A stretch of DNA of 63,988 nt, counting the filler, from Streblomastix strix (taxonomy: Eukaryota), in the NCBI GenBank assembly GCA_008636045.1. It is 4 parts of 4 records of this genome, joined end to end, with 100 filler letters (N's around TTAATTAATTAA, not from the genome) between each part and the next. Parts side by side here need not be neighbours in the genome. Positions count along the whole stretch, not along the records: positions 48,822 to 63,988 come from SNRW01001026.1; 3 more parts are not named here. The stretch is one strand, 5' to 3'. The notes under the pieces are model-generated. The model had not been told where the DNA came from. It searched no databases and saw only the letters and a program-made list of their open reading frames with translations. Shown in pieces: positions 52,204 to 63,988 of this stretch; position 1 is the stretch's first letter; every line of letters begins with the position of its first letter. The position numbers and the translations under genes were made by a program.

Positions 52204-54157
52204 AAGTTGTCTGAGAAAAAATTTGTACAAAATTCAGAAAATGAATATCATTTAAATATTATTATATATAATATTATTATATATTAATTACTGTATACGC
52301 ATAGGATTAATCTAAATTTTTTCTATTTTTCATTCATAGAATGATTTCTGAGATTTGTGAAGTTTAAGTAACATCTTTTTATTATTATTTTAAATTACTT
52401 ATCTGCTGTATCTCTAGCACTTGAACCAATATGAACAACTCATCTGGATGGATAGTCAATCGTAGCAAATATATCTATATCATATTCATCTGATTTATAT
52501 GTTTTTATAACATAGTTAGACTTTAATTGATAATTATCTAAAGTACAAAAAATATTTAATCTTCCATGAGTTGTTTGAACGAGTCCTAATGACTTAATAT
52601 ATCTTATTAATTCATTTAAAATTTTATTTCGTAAATCATCTCCTTTCAGGAAATTTAATGATTTATGAAAAACCAATATCAGTAACAGCAAAATTTTGAA
52701 CTTTTGGCTCATCAATAATCAATCCTGATTCAAAATCAGATTTAATATTCGTTGAAAATTCAATATAATTATATAAATCAATCGATGCATTATTCATCGT
52801 TTAAACAAGTGATTCAAGCTATTTTTTATCAACAATCTATTCAACTTCATTTAATGAATCATGAAATTCTCTCAAAAATTTATTTTCATTCATTGCAACA
52901 GTTGTATTTATTATTGGTAGCAAATTTAGCCAGCTTATATCTCTTTTTGGTTCCAATTATTAGAAAATAAAAAATCAAAAATATTTTTTTGAAAACTTGT
53001 TTTTCAGAAGCATTGACATTTTGATTAATTCTTATAATTAATTATAATTCTGTGCAATTATTAAAATAAGAGACAAACCCAAAGAATAAAAAATTTTCCA
53101 TTTATCGACAATCATAAACTGCTATCATTTATTACAATCTTTTTCAACTAACAAACCAAAACATTTATTCATTCAAATTGATTTTTATCTATTAATTAGC
53201 AATAGCTCGAAGGGAAAACATTAGTTTTTTATAAAAATTGCCACTATATGCAATATAACTAATTCCAACTCATCCATATCTTTAAAATTAATCCATTTTA
53301 ACTTTTAAACACCGACAAATTAACCGTATCAAAAAAATAAAACAATTTTGAATAATAATAATTAAAAATAAATTTTTATCATTTTCTATTTAAGATAATT
53401 TAAAATTTTTATTCTTTGTGTTAGATCCATCTTTGACTAACTGCTAATAGGGCCTTTTCCACATAAATATTCAAAATAAATAAATGAGAGAAAAAAATTA
53501 AAAAAAATTATAACTAATTCTTTAGATATTACATATTTAACAAAATTAATTAAATAAATATGTTAAAATTGAATTTTTAAACAAAAATTTTTTAATATTT
53601 CAAATACAAGTTTTTAATATTTAGATCATTACCCATACTATTTGAATTAGGTGAACATTGCAGCTACATCTTACTCAATTTACCACCAATTACCAAATCA
53701 CTAAATATTTCTCCAATCAAAATATTATTTACAACAGCTGAGCTGCGCAGGTTTTTGCTAAAAACTGGAAATGCTTGTTCCTGCATTATCTATTTTATGT
53801 TCAATTTAAAAATCAATTATTTTATCATTTTTATTATATCTATTAATTTTTCTAATGATATTTATAACACACGAAATACCCAACGCCAACTTTATCTTTA
53901 TCATCAAAAAATAATAATTTTTAATATAATTTCTATCTTTTTTATTCATTTGAACTATATTAATTACTGTACATGTTTGTATTGAACAATATTTAGTACT
54001 CTTTTATATTTCTTTTATACTCTCGAAGTAATTTACGTATTTCCAAACTTAATTTCGTTTTATATATAAATTAATCAACAAATCCTATTTAAATAATATT
54101 AATCATTATTTTTTTATATTTATTTTATTAATTTATCATATAAAACATATAGATAGG

Positions 54158-55152
54158 ATGTCATATCCTGGTAGAATTTACGTTAACGTCATTCGTTGCT
54201 TTAATGTTATTAAAGCCGATACATTTGGCGAGTCGGATCCCTTTGTCAAGGTATATTTTCATTATTTTTATTTATGAACCTTAATTGAATTTGCATATTT
54301 TGATAATATTTTAAGTTGATATTTGGGAAGGTAGAGAAGAAGACTAAAGTAGTAAAGAACAACGCAAATCCAGTCTTTAACGAACGTTTGATACTATTTC
54401 AATATGTTTTTGGTAAGTATTCATTTTATTATTTTTCAGAGTTTGTTTTCGATTATGCTCCACAGCAAAACATGCATGTTATAATGCTAGAAGTCTGGGA
54501 TTATGATATGATTGGAAGTAATGATAAACTTGGCTTTGTGTAAGTTCCAGTTTGCTTTCATTAATTATTTATATATTGTTAATATACTTCTTCAGTTTGA
54601 GGAATTTCTAAACAACAAGCACACAAAGAAATACCCATTCCAAACAATCAAAGGCAAATTTGCAGGAGAGATTGAAGTAGATGTTTTCTATGAAGCACCA
54701 ACAGCGCCAAAAAGTGTTGGATAGACAGGACCTCAAGGATATATTCCATAACCTGCATATGGTCAGTCCCTTCCCTATGGTCAACAGCCTTATGGAGCAC
54801 CTCCCTATGGATAACCAGCTTATGGATAACCTGCTTATGGATAACCAGCTTATGGTGCCCCATAAGGATATGCACCTCCTCCAGCATACGGAGCACCACC
54901 ACCAGGTTATGGAGCACCGCCACCAGGCTATGGAGCACCTCCTCCTGGATATGGAGCACCTCCTTCTGGATATGGAGCACCTCCGCCAGGGTATATTTAC
55001 TAATTTTTATCTTGAAATTTAGATTTTTTTCAAATAACTTTATTTTTACTTTTTTTTATTTTTTTATTTAAATACTAAGCTATCCACCTCCTGGGTATCC
55101 AGCAGCAAGCTATGACGCGGCACCTGCATATCAATATCCACCATAGTACTGA
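54158..55152 (+). CDS. C2-domain protein with Gly/Tyr/Pro-rich (GYGAPPP) repeat tail
   Basis: [43 protein letters not shown] (Ca2+-binding Asp residues retained); four introns; YGQPA and GYGAPPP repeats at 54770-54990; TGA 55150-55152. Confidence 0.92.
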
Positions 55153-55583
55153 GTGAATTCATTTTTTTGTGTTAAAATAGTGTTATTTTTCTTATTTGCC
55201 AATTCAGGCTTTCACATGCACAACAAATCAAATACAATTAATTATAATATATAATAGTGATATATAAGTTATTTTATGAAGAAATTGTTTTTTACTTTCT
55301 TTTTTTTCTCATTTTGGATCTTTATTAAGTCCTTGTGCGATATTATCATTTTTTATGTTCATTTACTTAATATATATTTGAACTTATGTAATTACCAACT
55401 TTCCAACAATCTTTTTACCCAATGAGCAAGGACAGAAAGATTGGAAAATAAATATAAAAATGTTAGTTTTATACGTACTAACATAAAATTTTAGATTATT
55501 TTTGGGTTTTTATTTAAATACTTTTATTAATATTAATTCTTATCTTTGATGCACATATTCTTACTATTATTTTAGCCTAAAAT

Positions 55584-58500
55584 ATGGATCTGAATAAAAT
55601 AAGTTCGAGTATTCTTCCAGGTTTGATAACATGGGAAGATCCAAATGTGTGGGACTTTTCCACTTCTAATAACCCGTTACTGAAGGTACCAGCTTACATG
55701 ATGTATTTTTCTTCAGTACGATGGGGAATATCCCGTATTTCTTTAATAGACTGACTTACTAACCTAAATGAAGATTCTTGGGCTTTGAATTGGAGAAAAA
55801 ATTAAGTTATTGCAAGATTGAGAAATAATGATTTGAAAAAGATAACTTATTCAGACTTTAATAAGCAATAAATGAATAATTAGATTCATTCTGAACAAAA
55901 GGAGTATGAAATTCACAAATCACACACACATGAAAGTTAAAATATAATTTAGAAAAATACTCAACCAATAAAAAATTAAAACACTCTTAATACAAAAGAA
56001 GAGAAAACAAAAGGGGAAAGAAATAATATGTTTTTTAATGGTGATAAGTCTGTTACAAGATCAGCATTACTAGCATTATAATGGTGGAATAAATATTCTA
56101 AGTCTGTTGAGAAGTTATATTAATAACTTATTAAATAGCCAACATTAGAAAAACCTCTTCATCATAATTGGTAGAATGGAATATCTACTCCCAATATATA
56201 TGGATATCAGATTGGTATATAATCAGGAAATGCTAAAAATATCTTATTCAATGAGGAATCTGAGATTATTTGGGGATTGAGTAATCGTAGAAGTATTGGA
56301 TTGAGTGGAGTTAATCAAGGTGAGAATTTAGCACCAGGAGTTTAACCACATAAACAAACTGCACTTTATACTCCTAATAATAAGGATAATAATAACATAA
56401 TTACTTCTGGATTTATCATTGAAACTGAGAAATAGATGGTTATAGATAAAGAATAATAATCAAGTCCATTTCTTTAATAAAATGAATAAATTTAAAAATA
56501 TAATTCATTTTCTTAAATTAATGCTATTTTAAATATTAATAAGTTACAATATAGTTTGTTGAATAAAGATATTAATAAACAAAGATTAAATCTATTTTAC
56601 ACTGTTACAACCAAAACTACTTATAGTAGATTACAATCATAATATAATTTGAACTAAAAATCCCCTGTTATGATTGAGAGAGTCATTATTTATAATTAAC
56701 AGAACTACAAAGAAGATGAAGAAATTTAAAGAAAATAATAATCATAATTTGTTGGAATAGAAAATAAAAAGATTTAATAATAATAAAAAGGTATAAGGCA
56801 GTGTTGTCTTCTTCATCCTTCACGATTCTAAATTCCAAATATTAATTTAAATAAATTAAATAATAAAATTGAAAATAAATTTGAGTTTAATAAGAAAAAA
56901 AACATAAAAGGAGAATCATTGAATGGGAAAGAATAGTAATTCCTTCACAAATCTCATGATATTTAATTTGGCGATCCATTTGAAACAAATAGTAGAATTG
57001 ATATTGAGAAAGTAATGTAACAGGTTAATAATGTTTTATGGATAAATGGATCTATTTTGAATAACAAATAAGATGATTGCATAGAGATTGAATAGCAAAG
57101 TTTTGATTTTTAATAATAAACAGATTTTATTGAAGATAAATTAAAGAGAAAAAGGAAGAGAGAAGATATTTCTCAATATTTTGATGATTTTTATGTTGAT
57201 TTTGATGAATGGAAATAAGAAAATGATACAATATTGTAATAGAATAGTAAAATAAATATATTATAAACTTCTTAAATGAAGAACATACAATAATAATAAA
57301 TTAAAAACATGAATTAAAAAAATAATTCACAATTAACATAATCTTAATTTTCTAATTAATTTTATAGCGGAATTATTTTAGATCTTAATGACGTTCATTT
57401 ATTTGTAGATTCAACCAAATAAATATCTGATTTTATTCTCCAAGCTCCTTAATTTATATCAGAAGAAGAAAATGAGAAGAAGAAAAGAGAGAAAGAATAA
57501 TTATCAGTTGGGTGGCAGAAGTTATATAGTGATACACAAGAAGAAGATTAAGAGAATAATTAGATTACAAAATATAATAAAATGAATTAAAGAACACCTT
57601 TTGATTTTAATAGATACGAAATTAATGATGAAGACGATATTTCTTCTTTCTCTTCTTCGACTTCTTCATCATCATCTTCTTCATCAGAAAGTATATCATC
57701 ATTATCATCTTCATTATCATCTTCATTATCTTCTTCATCTTCATCTTCATCTTCTTATAGTGAAAAGAATAAGAATGATGCGCATTAGTTGGAATTTAAT
57801 TCATTATAAACATTAAATAAAGAAAAGATTATTCATAAAAGAAAGAAAAAGAGAAAATTAAAGAAAAGAAAGAAATAAAAAGAATTATAGAGGAAATTGT
57901 TTAAAATGCAAAAATGGGAAAATAAAGAGTTAAAAGACAGAAGAATTAATAAATTGCAATAATCATCAGTTAATTATTAATAAAATAAATAAGAATAATA
58001 ATAATCATAATTAAAGATTCCAGCTAGAATGGGTACTCGTGAAGCATAAATGGTTATTAAAAGAGCTGGATTGGATAAAAAATCAGTAATGAGAAGTGTT
58101 CTCCCATTAATGTCATTAGCTGGGGTTAGAGGGGTTAGCGATATTAAGACCATATCATTGGCTACAAGTGATGATATGATCGCATCTGGGTAAACAAGAA
58201 TTAATTATACAAATGTGTAATAACTTCTATTAAAGAAATAAAAAGAGTAATAATTAAAATAAAATCCTTTTTCTATAAATTAAATAGGACCAGGAGGTTA
58301 ATATTCAAGTCACTTAGATAAAATAAACTAATAATAATAAAAATTTAGAGAAAAGAAAAGAGCAGATGAATTATTGTAACTCCAGAAAGAAAGAGAAAGT
58401 CTGGGCGCTGATGGGATTGATGGAAACACATTTTTCTTATTTTCAAAGATTAGAGCAGAGATTGGAAAAGTCTTTCCAGGTATTTGGACAACTGAATAAA

Positions 58501-61500
58501 ATGAATAAGACAAAAAGAATGATAGTGAATAGGACAATAAAATGGATATCTTAAAGATTGATATGTAGAAGATAGTGGGAGAAGCTGCTAATTATGATTT
58601 TTCATTAACTATTTTAAACATATCAACTGGAAACATGTATAGTTAACCATTTGGCAGAAATAAGATTTGGATTTAGAAAATATTTAATTCTATATAAATT
58701 TAATAATAAGTTAAAAAAATCGAAAAAAAATCATAAAACTTATAAATTCCAACTTAAAAGCCAAATTAAAGTATAAATGATATTTAAGAAATAATATAGA
58801 ATTAAATAAATAATAATAATTAAATAAGCCGTTTAAATGATAATAAAAGATCGGATTAAGATGAAACAACTTATATTCATTCACTTCCAGCTGTTTTATT
58901 ATAAACTATGCCTACTGAAGTTAGATGGATAGATGCAGAAATGTTTCATAGACCTAAATTATCAATAGACTGTTTAAGTCCAGGGAGAAGATTAGAAATA
59001 AGACCAATAAAGGCTTTTGAGAAAGCTAAGAGATTGAGATTATGCGAAGTTGCAAGAAATATATTAAAGAAGAAAAGAAAAGAATAAGAGCAAATATAAA
59101 TGAAAAGGAGATTGGATAATCAATCGATGAGAATGAATATTGATTTTGATGATGAGAATATAAATGAAGGATCATAAAATAATACAATATCTTCTTATTA
59201 ATAATCTCTTTAAACTGATAAGGATGATATAACTACATTAACTTCATACGTACATTCTTCATCTAATTCACATTAGTTCAATAATGTTATAGATGATGAT
59301 GAAGCTAATGAGGTTAGATACTTGCTTGATTCACAAACAAATAAAGGATCGCAATCAAAAGATTTATTTGATGAAGAACACGATAGATTATTACTTGAGA
59401 ATGGAACTGAATTACTTTAAACAATCCCTGAATTAACAGGAAAAGAAGGATACATTTCATTATTCGAGTTTATAGAGGAGAACCCTCTATTTTTAAATTC
59501 AGTTGGAATGTCTTCAAGATTATTTAATTATTATAAAAAATTAAATAGTAATGATAATGCGCAATTTGAAGATTCGGAAGGAGAGACTAAAATGTTGGAA
59601 CCAAATGGTATAATTACATGAAAATTAGTCTCATTAAATATTAAATTTATTTATTATTTATATTTTTATTATATTTTACTCTTTAGCAATACCACCTCTA
59701 TTAGGAGATATTATTAATGGAACCACAGTTAGTATTATTGAAAATAAATTATTTAAAGCACCAGTAAGTAAACATAAACCATAATTTACTGATTTTTTAA
59801 TTATTGCAGAATTGGAACCATATAGGAGTACTAAAATTCAAAAAGAATTAAATGGATTAAAAGAATCAATATTTGGAAATAATGTTGACATTCCTATTTA
59901 ACCAAAGTTTGTGATGAATTAAGAAGATAGAAAACATAATATCAATCGATTAAAAGACTCCAATATAGCATATCAAGGAAGTATAAAAGCATTGTATGTA
60001 AGAGAAATTAATTCATTATTTACAGTTGGGTAGTAACATCCACACAAATACAATATTCCTAAACCACTTTCACATTAACACGAGTCTATTTTAGATAATT
60101 AATTAGAAGTATTCTTATGTAGAGCATTCAGATAATACATTAAATGGGGAAAAAGGGGAGTTCACATAAATGAAATTACTTTATTATTCCCATCCAGAAC
60201 TAAATAAAAGATAAGAAAAATACTCAAAAAGATTGCTATTAACAAAAAGGAAAAAGATAATAAATGGATATTTAAAGAATTTTATAATTAATAAGAAAGT
60301 GATATTCCAAATGAATTATAATTAAGAAATAAGGTTGAACCTGAGGATTTATGTTCATTTTAATCAATGCTCGCAGGTATAGTAAGAATGAAATCATATA
60401 ATATTGGTCCAGAACTTGAAGCAATTCTTTTAATGAAAGGGTAACAGGAAAATCTTATCCTTGAAATTGTGGATAGATAACTTAATTTAGCACCTTGGGC
60501 ATTGACTGAGAACTTTATGGAAGCTAAGAGTGGTAAATGTCGATTATAATTAACAGGATATGGTGATCCAACAGGAACAGGTGAGGGATTTTCTTTTATT
60601 AAGTAATAGAACAATAAAGATATTTAAGCAATTGTAGTACCAACCGCATAAGGAGGCTCAATTGCTCCAAGACCCAATGAGTAATAGTTGTAATTATTTT
60701 AATCTCACTCACCTTCTCCTTCAAGTAACACAACTCCAAATATTTATTCAGATACAAATTTAAGAAAAATGACATCTTTTGATTTATAAAAAATTTTGTT
60801 AGATTTAGGAATGAAAATAGAAAATATTTATCCATTGACAAGATGGTAAAGAGTTGCCCAAGTGAAAGAATTATCAGCATCTTCAGAGGATGAAAAGTTC
60901 TAAAAATATGTTAGAAATCCTCATCGTGCTAAAGATGAATAGAAACGAATATATAATGAATAATTATAACGTATTTTTGGTGCACAATTGGAAATGTTAT
61001 AAGCTGAAGATGAAAAAGGTCAAATTAAAACTCCGAAGTTCTTAGAAAAACATGTTTAAAGACTAATTCGTGCAAAAGAGATTAGAAAGGAAGTCCGAGA
61101 TGAAATGAAGAAGAAATAAAAAGAAGAAAAGAAGAAGATGAAAGAGAAAAAGTTGATGAGTAATAATGTGAATGAAGACGTTGTTGAAAATGAAGAGAAA
61201 AAGCAGGAAAAATACAAAAAGAAATCAAAAGAAGAGAGAAAAATGGAAATTGAAGAGGAAGTGAGAAAAAAATTGAAGGAAGAGGATGAATAACAAAAGA
61301 GACTAAATAATGTTAATTATAAGGAAAGTGAAAAACATTAAAATATGGAAAAAGATACAATAAATATAAAAGATTAGGAATAAGTTGATAATTCTAATTA
61401 GTTATCAAAGATAATTGAATATAAAATTGAAGGAATTACATTTGGAGAAAGTGAAGAAGAAGGAGATGATGAAGATGAAGCTATAAATGAATTGGGAGCT

Positions 61501-63988
61501 GATATAATGAATGCTCTTGAGAAACAATAAGAAGAATCTGAGGCTGCTGAATTATAAGGAATTGAAGAAATAAAGAAATTAGCTGCAATATCTAGAGAAA
61601 GAATCCAGAAAGAATAGTAAGAGAAGGAGGAGAAAGAAAAAAATGAATTTGAAAAACTAATAAAGGAATTAGAAGAGAAAGAAAAAGAGAAGGAAAAATA
61701 GAAGGAAAAAGAAAAAGAATAAAAAGAGAAAGAATAAAGATTAATGTTATATCCTGGTTTTCTACTAAATCCTCCTTCTATTATTCAATCTAATCAACAA
61801 TATGATCAAGCATAAATATCTTCATCATCACTACCTTAATCATCCGACCTATTACATAATCCTTTTCAACCATAACAATAAAATTCCATAAATAAGTAGA
61901 ATATTGAAAATAATGACAATAAACAATAGAAAATTTTATAATCATCTTCCACTTCTGATGCTACAATTTTACCATCAATTTTATTATCAACGTCGTCACA
62001 AAATAAACGTAAATTTAACTTTTCCATATCAGATTTTTTACTTTAAAAACAAAATATATCTTCTTCTCTTAAACTGAATGATTAGAATTCATCTCCATCT
62101 TCAACTTAATAATCATTTTAAGGTGTTATTGGTTCAAATAAAACAAGATAAAAAATAATTCATAAAAATGTCTCTGGATTAACTCTCAATTTATCTTCTA
62201 GAACTTAGAATAACGATTTCTATTAAAATAAAAAAAGATCAAAAATAAATAATTAACATTAATAAAAATCATTTAAAAGAAATAATAGAATAAAATAATA
62301 ACAATTAATTAGTGGAAATGGAAGAACAAAGAATGTAAAAAGATAATATAAGCCTCGATAACCCAAGAAAGATAAACTTTAGAAAAACAATAAATTTAAT
62401 AAGAACTAATCTAACTCAGGATCGTAATTTTCAAGTAATAGAATACCACAAACTAAGATTCATTATGTAACACTTGATAAAGGTATTAAAACTGTTGTTT
62501 CAAAATAATAGAAGATTGTTGATATTATAGATTAAAATAAAAATAATTAATTTGTACAACCAAGAGGACCCAAAGAGAATTTTTCAATTGGTACATACAA
62601 GGATGGATATGTAGGATAATAAAGTGTGGAGGACAAATTAAATTAGAAATAGAGAATGTTTGAATAACAATAAAAGAAAGGGAAGAAAACAATTCAAAGT
62701 ACACAAAGTGATAAATAGAATTAATAAGATAAAGAATTAAAAGATGAGTAAAATAATGTTAAGAAAGAAGAAGGATCAATTTCGTAAACATAAATACTAA
62801 ATTTGAATACGAACCTGCCAAATAATAATTAATTTAAATTTTAACAAAATGAGCCACAAAGAGAAAAAAAATTAGTGTTAATGAAGAAAATTACTGAAAT
62901 TTTGCCAACTGGAGATAAGAAAATAACTATAAAATATCTAAGAGATAAAAATATAGTTAATGCTTATAGAAAATGGTATAAGAATACACAATCTAGAAAG
63001 GCATAACGAGGTGTAGCATTATCAAAAGAAGAAAATGATATACTTATTGATATAAAGCAAAGAAAGGAAGTTGATCAAGAAATTAAGAAACAGATATTAC
63101 GTGAGATTGTGAAGAGAAAAGCTGAATTATTGTTAATTGTGGAGAATGAAATGAGAGGTGAGAATGATAATGAAGATGAAGATAGTGATGATGAATTAGG
63201 TGGATTAGAATCAATTATGTTGAAGGACATTGAAGTTAAAGAAAAGAAGAAAGAATAAGATAAAAATTAATTAAATGAAAAGGCTTCATTTGATGAACGC
63301 ATTAATCAACTTGTATAAACTGATTCATAATACCAAACTCATACTAAATTTCTTAATCAAATAGAAAATGAATTAACATCATTAGATTAATTTGAAGCCT
63401 AAATTTAGAGAAGTAATATGATTAATTCTAATAAATTTAGATAAAATCGTTATTTATAATCATAAATTGGTAAATTTAAAAACAAAAAAAATAATTAATT
63501 TTAAGATGATCATTTAGATGAATAAGATAATGTTAATATTCGCGATGCTCTTTTTTTTGCTTCATCAGATGATTCATAATCAGATCATTATCATTCAAAT
63601 AGAAGAAGATTTGATGATAGTAATTAATCTTCTTAATCACCAAGTGACAGTTCATCTGGAAAATACTGGGGAGATAAAGGAAGAAGAAGAATATATTAAG
63701 ATTTATAAAATTATTAATCATTTGATAATGAAAGCAGTGAAATCAGTGAATCATAATCATTAAATGAATCTTAGTTTGAAAGTACAGATGAATTATTATA
63801 TGGAGATATTATAGGATAAAAAAAAGATAAAAACAGCACATTGGATATTGGTGAAACTGGTATGCAAAAAGATTAAGATAATAAAGATGATTAATAATTA
63901 TCGAAATTAAACTAAAGCTCATAAAATAAAAATTTAACAGAATAAATATAAGAAGGAGATTCTTCAGAGGAAGAAAATATAATAAAAA
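55584..63988 (+). CDS. TAF1: Transcription initiation factor TFIID subunit 1, runs off the window end
   Basis: TAF1 central-domain motifs LDLND, IHSLPA, MFHRP, LFEFIEENPLFLNSVGMSSRLFNYYKK, ENKLFKAPV...TDFLII, FTVGQQHP, LAPWALTENF...LTGYGDPTGTGEGFSF, DTNLRKM; intron ~59609-59686. Confidence 0.9.

Noticed and set aside
52340..53790. Possible additional genes on either strand (ORFs 52440-52715, 52752-52970 and a short minus-strand frame from ~53786)
   Set aside because: No consistent exon structure or recognisable motif could be built by hand, and the strand is ambiguous.
54770..54990. 15- and 21-bp tandem repeats, and ORFs 54648-54980(-) and 54681-55022(+)
   Set aside because: They encode the YGQPA/GYGAPPP tail of the C2 protein; the listed ORFs are off-frame or antisense shadows.

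Overview
AT-rich eukaryotic nuclear DNA with GT-AG spliceosomal introns and a variant genetic code: TAA/TAG read as Gln and TGA is the only stop. The supplied standard-code ORF track is therefore mostly misleading. Code, gene style and repeat content fit an oxymonad such as Streblomastix, which is an inference. The window joins four unrelated contigs (1-16176, 16277-32450, 32551-48721, 48822-end) with artificial 100-nt N/TTAATTAATTAA linkers. Host genes: an RRM/zinc-knuckle SR protein, a membrane-anchored pseudokinase, a CENP-E-like kinesin, partial IleRS, a giant ARM-repeat protein, a C2-domain protein and TAF1. Two features stand out. (1) A tandem C2H2 zinc-finger array joined, across a single-A frameshift, to a PD-(D/E)XK nuclease-like domain, resembling a natural zinc-finger nuclease (48822-50157). 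(2) A ~7.2 kb element with ~265-bp terminal inverted repeats whose only recognisable gene is a decayed protein-primed family-B DNA polymerase, with an HNH insert and an OTU-like region, interrupted by an 817-bp MITE (23531-30707). A decayed pogo-type transposon and inverted U-box pseudogene copies are also present. All translations were done by hand and exon boundaries are approximate.
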